From Phoronis australis (lineage: Eukaryota; Animalia; Phoronida): a DNA stretch of 36,905 nucleotides. The stretch lies in the NCBI GenBank assembly GCA_002633005.1, contig NMRA01000008.1, positions 1,466,013 to 1,502,917 on the forward strand. Reading direction: 5' to 3'. The position numbers and the translations under genes were made by a program. Shown piece by piece: positions 34,863-36,905 of this stretch (within the stretch, counting starts at the first letter, position 1; every line of letters begins with the position of its first letter). The notes beneath the pieces were generated by a model that was not told the DNA's origin, did no database searches, and worked only from the letters and a program-made list of their open reading frames with translations.

Positions 34863-36251
34863 AATTCCAGACATAAATTTTACTTAGACACAGCCCTAGA
34901 CCTACCGGAGCTAACTGTTTGTCCAGGACGAGATGAGTGTGTACCTGAGCTATGAACCTGAATTTTTTTATCAAAATATTTCGTTACAAGATTAGAAAAG
35001 CTATCGAGTTGTGACCTACTTTTCATTTGGCGAAATTTAGCAGACGACAGAATAAAAATATCGGTGAATCTTCACTGATTTTATTCGAAAGAACATGAAA
35101 TCTATGGAATCGTACAGATAATTTGACTTTAAGGTACATACCCAGCTTTACATGAACATATCGTATCAGTGTCCTTGTCATTTGTCAAGTGAAGGTGGCC
35201 CCGAGGCCGAGGGGTTCTTCGGATTTTCGCTGGCTCCTCGAGCACTTATTTTTGCATCGTCACCTTTACAAATTCCCATATTATGAACGTACGATTCACT
35301 GTTGAAAAGCATCGCCTCTTGTCTCTGTCGACGCGTTTTCAAATAGTGCAAAAACACTCATCGATTCCACCAGGAACGTCGTTTGGCGACAGCGTATTTG
35401 CCTCTGACATCTCGATTGAATGTCGGGTATCACGTAACTTTTCGCATTGGGGCGGAGCTTGCGATAGGTCAAATTGTACAAAAAACAAAATTTGAGACAA
35501 AATGGGTGACAGATTTAAATACTTCTTTAACTGACGAGTTGTGGCGGAAAGCCCACAGTTATACTTTTAACTTTGCGAATTCGTTTGACGCATTGAATCC
35601 TTAGCATACACTAACACTTTTTTCGTAAAAATTATAGTAGCCGTTTCGCAAATGCGCAGTTTTTGCGGGGAAGAACCAGAGAAAATTTTCATTTGTATTA
35701 GTCATGTAAATGTGTGCAATTGCCTTTAATTTATGATATTGAGGAAATAATCTTAGGCAGATTCACAGAACCAAAATTTTTTAATTTTAATTTAATAATC
35801 ATCTCAGGTAAGCATCTCATATACCACCAAAAATTTGTCAAATGCTTGCCTTTGTTTCAATTTATTAAAACAGAAATACTTGAATAATACAAAACTGAGA
35901 AATTTATTTTCCCAAAAAAGCCAATTGCTAGTTTTTAAAAGTCGTTGGACCCCTATGGTTCCTCTGTTTGCAGAAGACTAAAAATATTATATGGGTCAGG
36001 GTGAATTTTAGTGACGTATTGTTCTTAATCGTCTCGGTTCAATTTTACTGCTTTTTCATATTGTTTGTGAGCATGACAAAACAAATGTTTTAAAAAAATG
36101 CGCAACCTTGAGCATTTTTATAATTCAAGATCGCAGCATCCGCCATCTTGAATTTCGCCCAATTTCCATATTCTGTACATGATGATCCTGCAATGTATCG
36201 TTTCAAAGTTTTCTGGGACAGGAAGTTCATTTGTGGCACTATTTTATGAAT

Positions 36252-36303
36252 TCAAGGTCAAACTCAAGGTCAAACTCAAGGTCAACTTAGAGGTCAAAGG
36301 TGA
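36252..36303. repeat. Tandem 12-mer (TCAAGGTCAAAC) x ~3 plus AGGTCA, probably within a dispersed repeat
   Basis: Seen directly. Confidence 0.8.
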
Positions 36304-36905
36304 AGCTGAACTGAAATAAGGAAAACCACCTCTTTTGGCGGACGAAATGTTAAATGTATGGGAAAGACTATACCAACATCTTTCAATTTCTTTTCTGATT
36401 GCGAAATATCTTAATTAGATATCCTCCTAAAATCTCAACAACTGAAGTCACGGCAATATCGCGTGTTCTTTGTGAATAACGTAGAGAATATATCTGAAAC
36501 TAAATAAGGCGATCCAGATCCTCCCAAGGATACTATTGTTTCATGAAATGAAGAATATAAATCGGTAAATAAAACAACAAGAATGGATCAACTGAAATTT
36601 GAAATTTTCGGAGGTAACAACTTCCTTTATCAACAAAAACAGAAATAAAGTAAAATCAAACACAAAATGACAATTGACATATAAGATATGGTGTAATGAA
36701 AATGATACATTTTTGCGTAAAAAATTCAATGACATATTTTAAGAAGTTTTTATGTTCAATCCATGAGGTTCTATTGTATTCAGTTTGTCTATCCAATATT
36801 GTTCTCTTTTAAGTCTGTGAGGGGTACTGGGGTGTTGGAGTTTTTCTATTATTTGTACAGAAAGATCTTGAATATTATGGTTTTTGGAATTGAAATGATT
36901 ACCTA

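Overview
Eukaryotic (animal, probably invertebrate) genomic DNA, AT-rich and dense in repeats. Two protein-coding genes are supported, both on the + strand. The first is a single-coding-exon four-TM CD20/MS4A-like gene (1054-1512). The second is a complete 7-exon CYP2-clan cytochrome P450 (20403-28952, 508 aa by manual splicing, all GT-AG junctions in phase, all P450 motifs present). The rest is mostly non-autonomous DNA transposons: three copies of a ~150-bp MITE with CNG 3-bp target duplications; TTAA-flanked Kolobok-like foldbacks, one carrying a transposase-like fragment; a hAT element with a short copy of the same family next to it; and TA-flanked MITEs. There are also Penelope-like retroelement remnants (GIY-YIG fragments plus degenerate minimal hammerhead ribozymes), two tRNA-like modules and two trinucleotide microsatellites. 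Most other ORFs in the track look spurious. I cannot support a clearly novel gene system here. The most interesting signals are the hammerhead/Penelope structures and the foldback elements that enclose transposon coding fragments. All family assignments are by eye; no searches were run.
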